Source: the human T2T-CHM13v2.0 reference genome, Homo sapiens
Reading direction: 5' to 3' (one strand)
Assembly: GCF_009914755.1 (NCBI RefSeq)
Contig: NC_060948.1
Length of the DNA: 64,000 nucleotides
A program made the translations under genes and the position numbers. Within the stretch, counting starts at the first letter, position 1. Every line of letters starts with the position of its first letter. Positions 40,562-53,300 of this stretch are shown piece by piece. The notes beneath the pieces were generated by a model. It did not search any database and was not told the origin of the DNA. It saw only the letters and a program-made list of their open reading frames with translations.

Positions 40562-41058
40562 TGGAACAGGAATTAAAAGAAATTAAAGAATGTGTAAGCA
40601 GAAACTCAGTTGTGTGTAAGAAAACCAAATTCCCCCTAAGAAAGAAAAAGAGCTGGAGTCATTTAAAAATTAAGTGCCTGATTTTCTGTGGCTAGTGTGC
40701 CTTATTTCTCCTCTTTTCCCAGGCATGCTGAAGATCCTATGTCTCTAGCTGTGCAGCTGCAAGGTCACTAGACAGATAAACTCAAGTCATAAAACGTGTT
40801 TTTTTCTTGAAAAGTAAGAAATTACGTAATGCATGTCTCAATTAATTAAATAACTGTATTTGTTTCTGGCTTTTGTAATATGATTCCCCCTCCACAGATC
40901 TCCCCCTGCCCCCAGCCCCACAAAGTGCTTAAAAGGTATCTTAACTCTGTTCAGGGCTCAGTCTTTTGGATGTTTATTCTACTGGGCCAGTGTACTTAAA
41001 TAATAAATATCCTCCTGAACCCGATCAGTCTCTCTGATTCCTTCTCAATCCCATAACA
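40562..41058 (+). mobile_element. LTR15 5' LTR
   Basis: TGGAACAGGAATTAAAAGAAATTAAAGAATGTGTAAGC...AATAAA...CCATAACA, followed by a tRNA-Pro-like PBS (41063-41080). Confidence 0.85.
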
Positions 41059-44000
41059 TTTCTGGGGGCTTATGCAAGATCGGAGGTGACAGATTTACTG
41101 TCTCCTTTGCCTGCAAGACTAGGACCATTGGGCTGAGGGAGACCTGGCATCCAAAGCACACTGTTAGGGAGTTTCACTCAAATAGAGACTGGCTCTTCCA
41201 ACATCCTTGTGGCCTGCCCAGCAGTGCAATGAAACCTGGGATGGGGCTGCAGGATGATACCGGCACTTCAGTAACTGTGGTAAGGCATAAGAGCCCAAGG
41301 CAGGAAAGCCCATCACATAGGAATGAATGGGAGCTTGATCACCTCTTGGGAACTGGCCAACCCAGAGTGACTGGGGGTGTCAGGAGTGGCCTGACAATTT
41401 GGATGAGCCTCATATCCCCATTAACAAAATGAAAGGGAGAAAATGTGCCAATACAGTGGCAAGAGCAGCAAGATAGAGCTTGCTGGCAGGGTGGCAAGAG
41501 TGGCTTGCCACCTCAACTGAGAGTGTGTGGGTGCATGTGAACCTACCCAGGACATGAGAGAGGGTTGTTTCATCCAATGAGGAGTCCTCGGGTAGGAGTG
41601 GTGTGTGTATGTATGTAAATGTGGGAACCTAACTAGTCTCACCCAAGACATGAGAGAGAGTTGTTTCATCCAATGAGGAGTCCTGGGGCATGGGAGGTGT
41701 GTGAAAGTGTGTGAAAGAGATGGTCTTGGGAGAGGACAATGTGGGGAAAGATGTGGGGAGACACAGGTCCCTTAGCATGGGCTTTGTGCTCCAAGGTGAG
41801 TGCAGGGGAAATCAGACTTGGATATTGCATAGGGCTGATAGGACCAGCTTTGCAGCCATAGCAGGCTGTAACAGAGGAAGACACGTTCCTGGCTAAGGAG
41901 CATCTGAAACTCCCATAATAGGACCCAGTCTTATGGACCCAAGAGTAAAAGTGAGGGTGAAAGTGCAACCCAAGGGAGGAAATGGGAGGGAAAGCATTGA
42001 AACTAACTCCTTTGGAGTGCATGATAAAGAATTTTAAAAAAGGATTTAGAGGTAATTGTAGGATGAAACTGGATGTTCAAAAGTTAAGGACATACTTTGA
42101 ATTAGAATAGCCCTCTTTTAGTGTCAGAGGGCTGGCCAAAAGCACTACAGAGAAATTGGCTGCATGTTGTAAGGTGGTGACTAAGGTCAGAGGACAGCCA
42201 GGGCATTCAGACCTGGTCTTTATATTGACTCATATCTAAATGAATGCAGCCCTGCCTAGCAGTTTATTGTAGAATGCTCACTGCTCTCTCTTGCTGAGAG
42301 AGAAATCAGCTGCACTGGCTGTGAAAGAGAAAGTCACAGACACTTATAGCACTGCCTAGCCAAAGTGAAAGTAAAAATCAGCTGCCCTGGAAGGTATAGA
42401 GACAAAAGAAAAGTCTCAGGAAAGGCAGAAAAAACAGTTTTGCAAGAACCAAAGGAGGGAATAGAGACCCCTCCTCCCTACATTCCAATCTACCTCCCTT
42501 CACCAAGGCTAACTGCCCCTAAGGAGTTAAGTTCAAATGGATACACACTCCTAGTCTCACCTGAGAAGGAGAAATCAGAGCTCCAGGAAGTTAACATGAA
42601 AGGCTTGAAAAGGCAGGCAGGCAATCTTAGTCCCTGTCGTGCCCAAGTCATGCTTATGCCTCTTAAGAGGACAAGAGGACACCCATTATGACCCAAATGA
42701 TGCAGTCCAGCTTCAGCACCTGCAAAGATGCCAAGAAACATTTCTGCAAAGGATAAAACATAATAAAAGAAAAAGTCAACCAATGTAAAAAATCTCAGAG
42801 GTGCTCCAGGGGCAGATAAAAGCACCAACCAGTTTTATAAAATACTGTGTGAGGCATTTAGTTGTACTCTCCATTTAACCCTAAGTCCGCTGAAAATCAG
42901 TTTATGGTGAGTACAGCATTTGCAAGGCAGGCCCAGGGAGATACCAGGCATAAATTTCAGAACTTGGAAGCTCCATAGGCATGAATGCTACTAAGCTTAT
43001 TAAAGTGGCTACCAAGGTGTATGTTAACTGAGATCAGGAGTCATGGACGTGGGCGTGAATGCAGTCATGAACAAGGCCTGTCTGGACAGGGGTTTAAAAG
43101 CTAGCTGAGGCTAAAGAAAAATTAATGTGCATGGTGCAAAAGGAAAGGACACAGGAAGAATAAATTTCAAAAGAATAAGAAGAATGGTCTGGGCCCTGGT
43201 ATAAAAACACCACCGGCTGAGGGCTACTGCACCCAGGAGAAACCCAAGACCCCCTGCACCTGCTGTGGTAGGCAGGGTATATAATGTCAGGAAAAAAGCT
43301 CAAATCTACTCTAAAAGTGTCCAGTATTCAAGCTTTTATACAAGTCAAAAAGAAAGATGGCTTAGTAGTGAACAAATGCAGGCTGTTTGTGCACTTTCCT
43401 ATTCTAATCTCCAGGCATCAATCAAGAGAGTTCTTAAGGTCAGTAAGGTTCTGCCATATTTAGATCCCAAATTTCTTGCTCATGGTTAAAACATTATATG
43501 AAGCAACAAAGAGGAAGAAAAAAGGAGCCCCTCCTCTAGGAGACCAACCAGGAGAAGACTTTTAAAGAAATCAAAAAAGCCTTGACACAGTCCCCAGCTT
43601 TAGGACTGCCAGATCTAACTAAGCTTTTCTTGTATGCCCACAAGTGAAAGGGAGGCCATAGAGATTCTAACTCAAGCCATAAAGTCATGGCATTACCCAG
43701 TGACATGCCTACCCAGGCAATTAGATTCTGTGGCACTTGGTTGGCCTCCTTGTTTTAAGCACTAGCTGCCACTGCCCTACTGTTACAAGAAGCTAATAAA
43801 CTGACTTTAGAGACTGTGAACACCCTAAACCTGGCTACCTTGCTCCTCATCAAGTCAGTGCCAGGAGGCCCCCTTCATTGCTGTTTGGACATGGTAGATA
43901 AAGTGTTCTCAAGCCAGAGAGATTTAACAGATCGGCCCCTAATGGACCCAGATATTGAACATTTTACTGATAAAAGCAGTTTCATACTAAAGGTAGTCTG

Positions 44001-47000
44001 CCAAGCTGGGTACACAGTGGTGACTTTAGACTCAGTAGTAAAAGTGCAGTCTTTGCTTACAGAAATTTCTGTTTCAAAAGCAGAAATAATGGCTCTGACA
44101 AGAGATCCTAGAACAAGAACATAAGACAAATATTTACACAGATTCCAAGTATGCTTCTGCCACTTTGCATCTTCATGAGGCTATTTACAAAGAAAGAAAG
44201 AAAGATTTTTAATGGCTGGAAGTAAAGAAATAAAGTTCAAGGAAGAAATTCTATAGCTCTAAGATGCTGTAGGGGTCTCAATACAGATGTCAGTGATGCA
44301 CTGCAAGAGGTACCAAAAAGCAAAAACACTAAAGGCTAAAGAAAATAGAAAGACAGTCAAAGAAGCAAACCAGGCTGCAATGACAACTCTACCTTCTAAA
44401 GAGGAAGCCTTAGTTATGCCTCTCCTCCTGGAGATTCTTCTCCTAGAGATCCCAAGCTACTCTCCAAATGAAAGGGCTTGGTTTGCCTGGAAAAATAAGA
44501 ACTACATTGAAGAAGAGTGGTAAAAATTCCCCAATAGGAGGCTAGCCATACCTGAAATGGCGGCCCCCAGATTTGTAAAACAGTTCAACCAAGGAATTTA
44601 CATGGAAAAAAAAATTAAAGACATTATTAAGGCATCATTTCTATGTGTCATGGCTCACTGCTATTACTCGAGCCATTTGTAAACAAACAGTGTTTAACTT
44701 GCACTCAAAACAATCCATGACAAAGGCCTACTTGGTCTACAGGAGTTCAGGAAACAGGAGCCATGCCCCGTAAGAAAACTGTTTTTGCCCTGTAAAAAAC
44801 TATGTACATCACAGAATTGCCTGGAGAGGGGGGCTATCAGTACATGGTGGTGTTCATTTACACCTTTTCAAGATAAGTCAAGGCCTTCTCCATCCAGACA
44901 GAGAAGGCACTAGGTGTCAGCAACGTGTTGTTAGGACACATTATTCCCAGAAGTGGACGGCTTCTAACTCTAAGATCAGACAATGGACCAACATTTGTGG
45001 CTGAAATAGTTCAGAAATTAACTTGACTATTTAAAAATAAAGTGGAAATTACATACAGCCTACAGGCCACAGAGCTCAGGTAAAGTGGAGAGCATAAACC
45101 AGACACTGAAACAGCTGCTGAAGCACTTTTGTCAAAAAACTCATCAAAGGTAGGATCTGGTCTTGTCCATAGTCCTCCTCCAAGTCAGGTGCACCCCCAC
45201 CAAACAAACTGGGCATTTGCCTTATAAGATTTTGTTCAGCTGGCCATCCCCCATCGTCAGTCAAATTAAAGGTAATCTCTGTAAACTAGCACAACTAACT
45301 TCAAGAAAGCAAATGAAGACTTTAAATATGGCCATGTGAAAAATGTATGACTAGGTATTAAAAAAATGCCTATAAATTTAACAGACCCAGTACACCCTTT
45401 CAAACTTAAGGACTTTGTTTAGGTTAAAAATAGAATCCAACCACACTCAGACCCATAGAGGATAGGCCTCATACTGTGATCCTGTCTATTCCCACTGCTG
45501 TTAAAGTTGCAGGTGTCACACCTTGGATTCATCATAGCTGGCTGAAACCAGTGACAATAGTGACTCCCGATGACAACCAGTGGATTAACCAACAAGAATC
45601 AGATTATGCCACTTGAATAGTCCTACAGCAAAACCCAACCACCGGTAAGAAGGACAACTGCCCTGCTAGGGCCACATCAGAGGCTGGTCAGTCTATGCAC
45701 TGCTGAAGCTTGAGGATCCTCCAAGCTCTGCTCTAGGCACATCTCAGAAGCTGACTAGTCTATGCACAGCTGAAGCTAAGAGGACCATCTCCAGTTAACT
45801 AAATGTGGATACAATTTATAAGCCTAGTTATAATTCTGTCAAACTGATTGTTCTGTTGTTATGTTATTACTGAAAATGCTGCAAATGTCTATGCCAAGAG
45901 GAAGGTTTGCTGTGCCCATGTGTAGTGTAAGCATGTTTCTATTACATATACTAATATTGTTAACATTTCGGCCTATACTAAAAACAGGAAAAATCTCTAA
46001 AAGGATGTCCACACTGTGTACACACTACCGGGGTAGGAATACAATAGTTGAAACTCCACTGTACCATACCTACTATGAATGTGCAAAAACCAATTTAAGA
46101 ATCTGCACATACAACCAGACCACATATTCAGTCTGTGACCCAGACAATAATCAGCTATATGTATGTTATGACATACCCTAAGCTCTTACCCTATGAATTC
46201 TGGTGTGAGGTACATATTAAATTAGAGAAACAAATAAAGGAGAGCTTATAGCTTGAACAAAAGAAGCCTCTCCCTCCTATAAAGGACCTATTTCCATGCA
46301 CTTTGATGCCTGCCATGCCTCATATGTTCATAATTCTAAAAAACCGGAAGCAGTCTGCAATGGTTTGACATAAGAGAGGCTTAGCAGCAGCAGTCCTAAA
46401 CATCTGTACAGAGAACCACAAATAGGTTGCCCAGGCTGTAATATTGCATGGCTTATTCTAACACAGCTCCAATACTTATATTCGGGAAAGGCTGCTCAGC
46501 TAAGTACTATGTCAGCCAAACCAAATTGTAAGACAAGGACATGCAATCCTTTAAATTTTACTATCTTAAAGCCAGAGCAACCTTTTTGGTCTACAGGACA
46601 GACAGCACTATTATGAGTTGATAGATAAGTAGCAGGTCTTGGAATTCTACTACTAATTGTCAAAAAGACTAGAAGGACTCAGATGCATCCAACCTCACAA
46701 TTCTGGGTCTATAAGTCATTCTATTAGCATTTTGATTAGTCAGTTCATGATGTTCCCCCATCAACAAAAAACCTATTTTCTCAACTAGCTGAAAACATAG
46801 CTGGCAGGTTAGGAATTTTCTAATGCTATGAATGTGGAGGAACTAATATGGAAGACCAGTGGCCATGGGAGGCAAAGAAATTAATGCCAAAATATAATTT
46901 GACTTTACCTAACCCTGCCAGTAAACCAATAGCTTCAGCCAGTATTTGGTTGTTAAAAATTCTCCATAATTGGAAAGTACCATATCAACCAATGGAGAAA

Positions 47001-47335
47001 GGCTTTCACAAAGGCAGTAGGAGAAACAACCTGTCTAAGGCAACAGTGCTATGATGACATTAAAAACAAAACTCTACAGAGAAATGCCCAGAACAACTCC
47101 CACTTACCAGATCCAAACACTTTCTCTTGATTCTCTACTCAAAGCCACACTTGGCATCAGCTAGAGGCTCCAAATGCTTGGAAGGCACTCTCTGTTCTAT
47201 ATTGAATCTGTAGAGCACAGACGTATTGGCAAATGACAGCTAAATGGACAGGGGCATATGTTTTAAGAACAATCAAGCTATCCTTCTTTCTAATTCCTCT
47301 AAAACAAGGGGAAAGCTTAGAATATCCAGTTTATG
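41059..47335 (+). mobile_element. HERV15-type internal region: deleted gag/pol, ERV3-like env, truncated before TM and the 3' LTR
   Basis: gag ATG at 41982 (MGGKALKLTPLECMIKNFKKGF), RNaseH FTDKSSF...AGYTVVT, integrase RSDNGPTF, and env LYHTYYECA...[10 protein letters not shown] and QWPWEA, as in ERV3 Env. Confidence 0.88.
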
Positions 47336-50300
47336 ATATGTCACAATTCTTCCCATGGACAGGGAACCAGCAGAAAAAGAGTCACGTTTTAAATGATGGA
47401 TGCAAAGATATGTCATAAGGCCTCCTGTGGGCAGATCCCAGGCAGGAGACTCTAACCCTCTAAATTTTGGGCCCAGCAATATGTCCAAATATGCAAAATA
47501 TGCAAGGAACCAGAAAAAAAAAAGAGTCACATCACCTAGATGCTTTGTCCACTGATATTTCACAATCCCTTTTTTGACATGGCTTGGGCAGATGAGAAGA
47601 GTCATAATCCTGTAGTCTCCATAATACACCATGACATAACCGTCTCATTGTCTGAGAGTATCCCTTTGTTCTACATCCAAGAAGATTAAGGAGTGAGGAC
47701 ATAAGGGTGATGCTGGAGTGAAAGTTTAATAAGCAAAAGAAGAAAACTCTCTGCTAGTGGAGACGAGGCCTCAAATGGGTTGCCCACTATAAGGCTGGGA
47801 TCCTGGTATTTTAGGGGTTGTGGAGAGAAAGGAATGTGCGTAGTCTGCAGGCTGTCTTAAAGAATACATGTTTCAACTTGACCCAGGATCTTGGCTCAGG
47901 ACCAATCAGAGGCTGAAGTGAAAATCTGGCCTAGGATCTTGGCTTAGGATCAATCAGAGGCTGAAATGATGATTTATAGAGGCTGCATTTACAATCCAAA
48001 AAGGAAAGTAAATAAGTAAGCGGCCCACGAGAACACACCAGAGCCCACTGTGTTTGTGCCCAGCAAACAAAAGGAGAAGGAACAACAAAGGCATTTCTAT
48101 GTCAGGCTGTGTTTCTGTATCTGAGTAAGATGGAGGTTTGTGCAAGTTTTTCTCCAAATGGGCCAGAGGCTCTCTTATCTGTGCATCCGTGGGCATGTCT
48201 TCAGGCACAACCGCTGTTAGAATTTTCTTATTGATGCCTGCAGCTTGATTTTTTCCCAGGCTTCTTTTTATGTTACGTGGGGATGAGGCGCTGACTTGTG
48301 AGTCAGGGGCTTTCTAGGGACACTTCCCTTGCTGTCTACATAAGGCAAGTTAGCTAACTTCTCTCAATATCACCTAGGTAGTAAATGAAAAAATAATCAT
48401 ATATATGTGTTATAATACACCGGGATGGTGGGTCCATGCAAGAGATTTACATCACCTTGGTGTTGAATCCTTTTATGTAGCAAAATACACAATAAATACA
48501 GGGCCCAAGCAGGAGAGAAAATTCACATCATCTGATTGCTTAGTCCAGCTATATGTCACAATCTTTCTTGTGGACATAGTCTACATAAGACATGTAAGTT
48601 TCATCAAATAGTGATAAGCCTAGAAAGGTGTTGCAGTGCCCCCTTTGAGCAGGAATCAGGCAGAAGAATCACATCAACCGTATGTTGGTGTCAGTGATAA
48701 GTCACTGTCTCATCTGTGGGCATGGCTCAGCCAGGAAAGGATAGTAATATTACCATTGTGCTGGGCCCAGAGATATGTCACAATCTCTCCTATGGACAAA
48801 GTCCAGGTAAAAAGCCAGAATCGCATCAAACAGTAGATATGTTCAGAGATATGTCACAACTGTTTATTTAAAAAGGGTCCAGACAGGAGGCTCATATCAC
48901 CTTTCTCCTGGGCCCAGCTGTATGTCACAATGTCTCCTGCAGGCAGGACAAAGGCAAAATGATAACATCACCTTGGCCTAATAATATGTCACAATCTTTT
49001 CTGAGGGCATAAGATAGGAAGAAAAGAGTAACTTCAGGAAGATTCTGGGTGCAATATGTCAAAATTTCCACTGTGAGCAGCAGTCAGTCAGTAGAAGAAA
49101 TTCACATAACCTGTGTGCTGGGCAAGAGATAATCACCATTCTCTTAGTTTGTAGGGCTTAGGAATTAGATTTATACCATCTGGGTGTTGGACCCAGCAAT
49201 ATTGCACAATGGACTATATGGACACATCACATTCAGGAGAGTCACATAAACTGAATGTAGGGGCCAGCAATATTTCATAATACCACCAGTGTGCTGGGAA
49301 CAGGGAGGAGATTCAATAACTCATGTGCTGTACTGAGACATACATCACAATAACATCTACAGAAAGTCCCAGGAATAAGATTTACCATCTTGCAAAACTT
49401 TCAGTTTTAGGTATGAAAGTCAACACCTCCTGTATATTGAGTCTAACTGCATGATTCACAGCCTCAATGGTGAACCACATCTGTGAATGACAGCTTCAAT
49501 CTCTCCTGTAAATTGTGTCCCTTTGGTGGAGTCACAGCCTGACAGGTGGTTAAATCTTAGTCTGAGAGTCACCAGCCTACCTGTATACAAGATCCATGTA
49601 CACAATTCAATTTTACAGCTTTAAATTGCCTTTGAATATGAGATTCAGAACAACAGTGTGTTGCATTTGTCCAGAATTATGACAATCTATATGGTTAGCT
49701 GGGTAAAAATAAGAGTGTCACAATCTCAACAGTGTGCTGGATTCTGTTAGAACACTCTCTAATGCCACCTAAAGGTGTTATTCATGAGAGTGTGTATAAG
49801 AGTAGAAATTTTCCCTGAGAACTTCATGCTTATATGGACCTATGATTATGTTTGTAGCACTAAACCTAAATATGAGAGTCAACATCTCTCCAATTGGCTA
49901 GGTTTGGATATGAGAGTGTCTATGAGCTAAGTTTAGTAATGAATCAAGATCTCAACTTTCACATATAACAGACAAAATTTCAACTGTGGACTGCATTCAC
50001 ACATGAGATTCTGGGCCTCACCAATGAGCTGTATTCATGGGATAGAATGACAGTATTAAAGGTTGGTGTGGTGTGCATATGAGAAAATTTCACCTGTGTT
50101 CTCTCTCTTTATAAAACTCTCTGTACCACCCTAGAACTTTACAAAATGTGCAAGAGAGTAGCAATCCTCTATGGCAATTTTACAAACAGGAGACTCTGGA
50201 TGTTACTGGTTTCCCCAAACCTAGCTATAAGAGAGAGTATCTCTCCTATTGCCTGACTTTAGCTATGAGAGTCATCATCACACCTTTGAGCTGGGCCAAG

Positions 50301-53300
50301 GTATGTGTTACAATCTTACTTGTTAGTAGGGAGTAAGCAGAAGAGCCACATCACCTCGGTGTTAGGCCAGATATATGTCACAATCTTCCCTGATGGCAGG
50401 GACCTGGCTGGAGAGCCACATCACTCAAGTGTTCAGCCAGGGATATGTTAAATTCCCTCTTGAAAGCAAAGCACAAGAAGTAGTCACATAACTTATGTTC
50501 TGGGCTCAGCAATATATTACCATCTCTTCTGTGAGCAAAACCCATGTTGAAGAGACTCATTACTTGGCTTTTGGGCACAGTGATATGTCACAGTTTTTCC
50601 TGTGAGAAGGATGCAGGAAGAAGAGGAGAGACGTGTCTCCTGGGTGTTAGATGCAGAAATATCTCACAAGGTTCTCTGTGAGCAAGGCACTGGCAGATGC
50701 CTACCACCTTCTAGGTGTCATATTCAGTGATATGTAACAATATACAAAATACACAGTCAAAATACAAAATGGATGCAGGCTCAGGTAGGAGATGGGAGTC
50801 ACATTACCTAGTTGCTGGGCCCAGCAATACATGAATCTTTCCAATTCCTCATTGGCAAAAGCCCAAGCAGTAGAGGAAATTCAAATTATCTTAGTGCAGG
50901 GACCAGCAATATTGCAATACCTGCTGAATCCAGAACCCAAAGAAAGATGTCACGTCAGCTAGGTAAGAGCCCAAAGAAAAATTACAATGACCCCTGCGGG
51001 TAGCAAAAAATCATGGAAGTAGAATAACATCTCTTGGTTCAGTCATATGTCACAATGCTTTCTGTGAGCAGAAACCAGCTGCGTAGAGACAGTCACATCG
51101 CCTGTGTGATTGGTGTAGAGGTATGTCACAATGTGTGAAAATCTTGTCATTGAAGTGTGCATATGAGACACTCAATCTCACCTGGCTTCTGGGTTCTGTT
51201 ATGACACTCACCAGAGGGCTTTATAGGATATGTGAGAGACAGGTAATCTTGTTACCTGTGTAGAATTAGAAGACGCAATACTTTACCCTTTTTTCTAATC
51301 TTAGCTGTGAGAGACAATATCTCTCTTATTGGCTGGTTCAAGGTATCAGAGTCAGCATCATGTCTGTGAGCTATGCAATGGTATATGTAAGAATCCCACC
51401 TATGGATAGGGGTCATGCAGGAGAGTCACATCACCTGAGTGCTAGGATAGAGATATGTAAAACTCTCCCTTTTTAACAGGACCCTGGAAGAAGAGGAGTG
51501 TCACATCACAGAGGTGATACATGAAGATGTATATCATTAAATTTTCTGGGCAGGGCTAAGAAGGAAAAGTCAAATCACCTAGGTGTTGAACCCAGTGAAA
51601 TGTCATAATATCCAATGTATGCAGATCCCTGGCAGGAGGGGAGAGTAAGTTTACCTATGAGCTGGACCTATCAATATATTACAATCCCTGTTGTGGGTGT
51701 GAACCATGAAATAAAGAAGAGCCACATCACTCAGGTTCTTAATCCAGCAATACCCTCTGAGAGAACGGCCCAGGTAGGAGATTCACATAACTTTGGCACT
51801 AAGCCTAGCAATATACCATAATTCTTTACTAAGGAAAGGTCAAAGGAAAACAGTAACTCTTCCTTGTTCTTGGGCCCAGCAATATGTCACAATTTTCCTT
51901 TGGGCAGAACCTAGAAAGAGAAGATTCACATCAGCTAATTATTGGTCCCATTTAATATGTCAGAATTCTCCATGTAAGAAGGGACCAGGAAGAAGATGAG
52001 AAGAATTATATCACCTGTGTAATTGCTGCAGAGATACTTCACAATCCTTTTTGTTGTTAGGGATCAAGAGAGATACATTACCTGAATGCTGAGCCTAGCA
52101 AAATGTCACAATGTCTGTGGCAGGGCTCAGGTAACAGAGTCAGGTTACCTAGGTAAAAGGGTCCAATATGTTACAATGACACTGTAGGCATCACCAAGAA
52201 AAGGAGGAGACTCATTACTTGGGTGCATGGCCAGGGGATTATTTACAATTCTGCCTGTGCCCAACTTTTGGATACCTCTGGGTGTGAGATTCAATACCTC
52301 AACAGTGGGCTCTATTCTTGTGACAGAAGACAATCTTTACCTGGATTTGCATAGAAGTGTCACAATCTTACCCTTGTGTTAGATCCTGAGTACCACCTGA
52401 GGGCTTGAGAGTATGCATGAGAGTCACAAACTTTTCTGACATCTTCCTTCTAATATGGACTTGTGATATTACATACCTTAGTCCAGGTATGAGAGGCAAC
52501 ATCTCTCTAATTGACTGGGTCCAGATATAAGAGTTCTCACCCTGCCTATGAGCTAGGTTAGAAATGACACACCATCCCTCCTGTTGCTACATTCACATAT
52601 GACAGTCACAATTCTAACTGTGGACTTCACCTGCTTGTAAGATTCAGTACCTCACCAGTGGATTCTGTACAAATGTGAAAGTAACAATTCTAACTCTTAG
52701 TAGGGTGTGCATACAAGTTACAAAATTTCACCTCTTTCTCTAAATTTAGCTATGATAAACAGTATCTCTCTTAATGGCTCATTTAAGGTATAAGCATCAT
52801 CATCATGCCTGTGAGCTGAGTGTAGTCATATGCCCCAATTCCACCTGTGTGAAGGGAGTGAGGAGAGTGACATTACTTGAGTGTTGGACTAGGGATATGT
52901 CACAATCTTCTCTGTGGATGAGGTAAAGGCAGAAGACATTTAGATCACCAAGTGCTAAGTCCAGAAATATTTCAAAATTATTTCTTTTTGCAGGCCCTAG
53001 GCAAAATATAAGAGTCACATAACCTAGGTAATGGATGAAAAGATATGTCATAATACTTCTGAGGGAAGAGCTGGAAAAAATTGTTGCATCACCGAGGATT
53101 TGGACTCAGCTATATGTAACAATACCCAATGTATGGAAAGGTCCAGGAAAAGTAGGAGAATAACATTACTTAAATGTTGAGCCCTGTGATATGTTACACA
53201 CTCTTTTCAAGGTAGGTCCCATGTCGAAGAGTTACATCTAGCTGATGCTAGATGAGGGGCTGGAAATATATTGAAATGCTTTCTTTAGGTAGGGCTCAGA

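Noticed and set aside
41520-41710. Tandem duplication in the HERV15 leader (and at ~45680-45780)
   Set aside because: Such repeats are common features of this ERV group's leader and pol-env junction, so they are probably not locus-specific.
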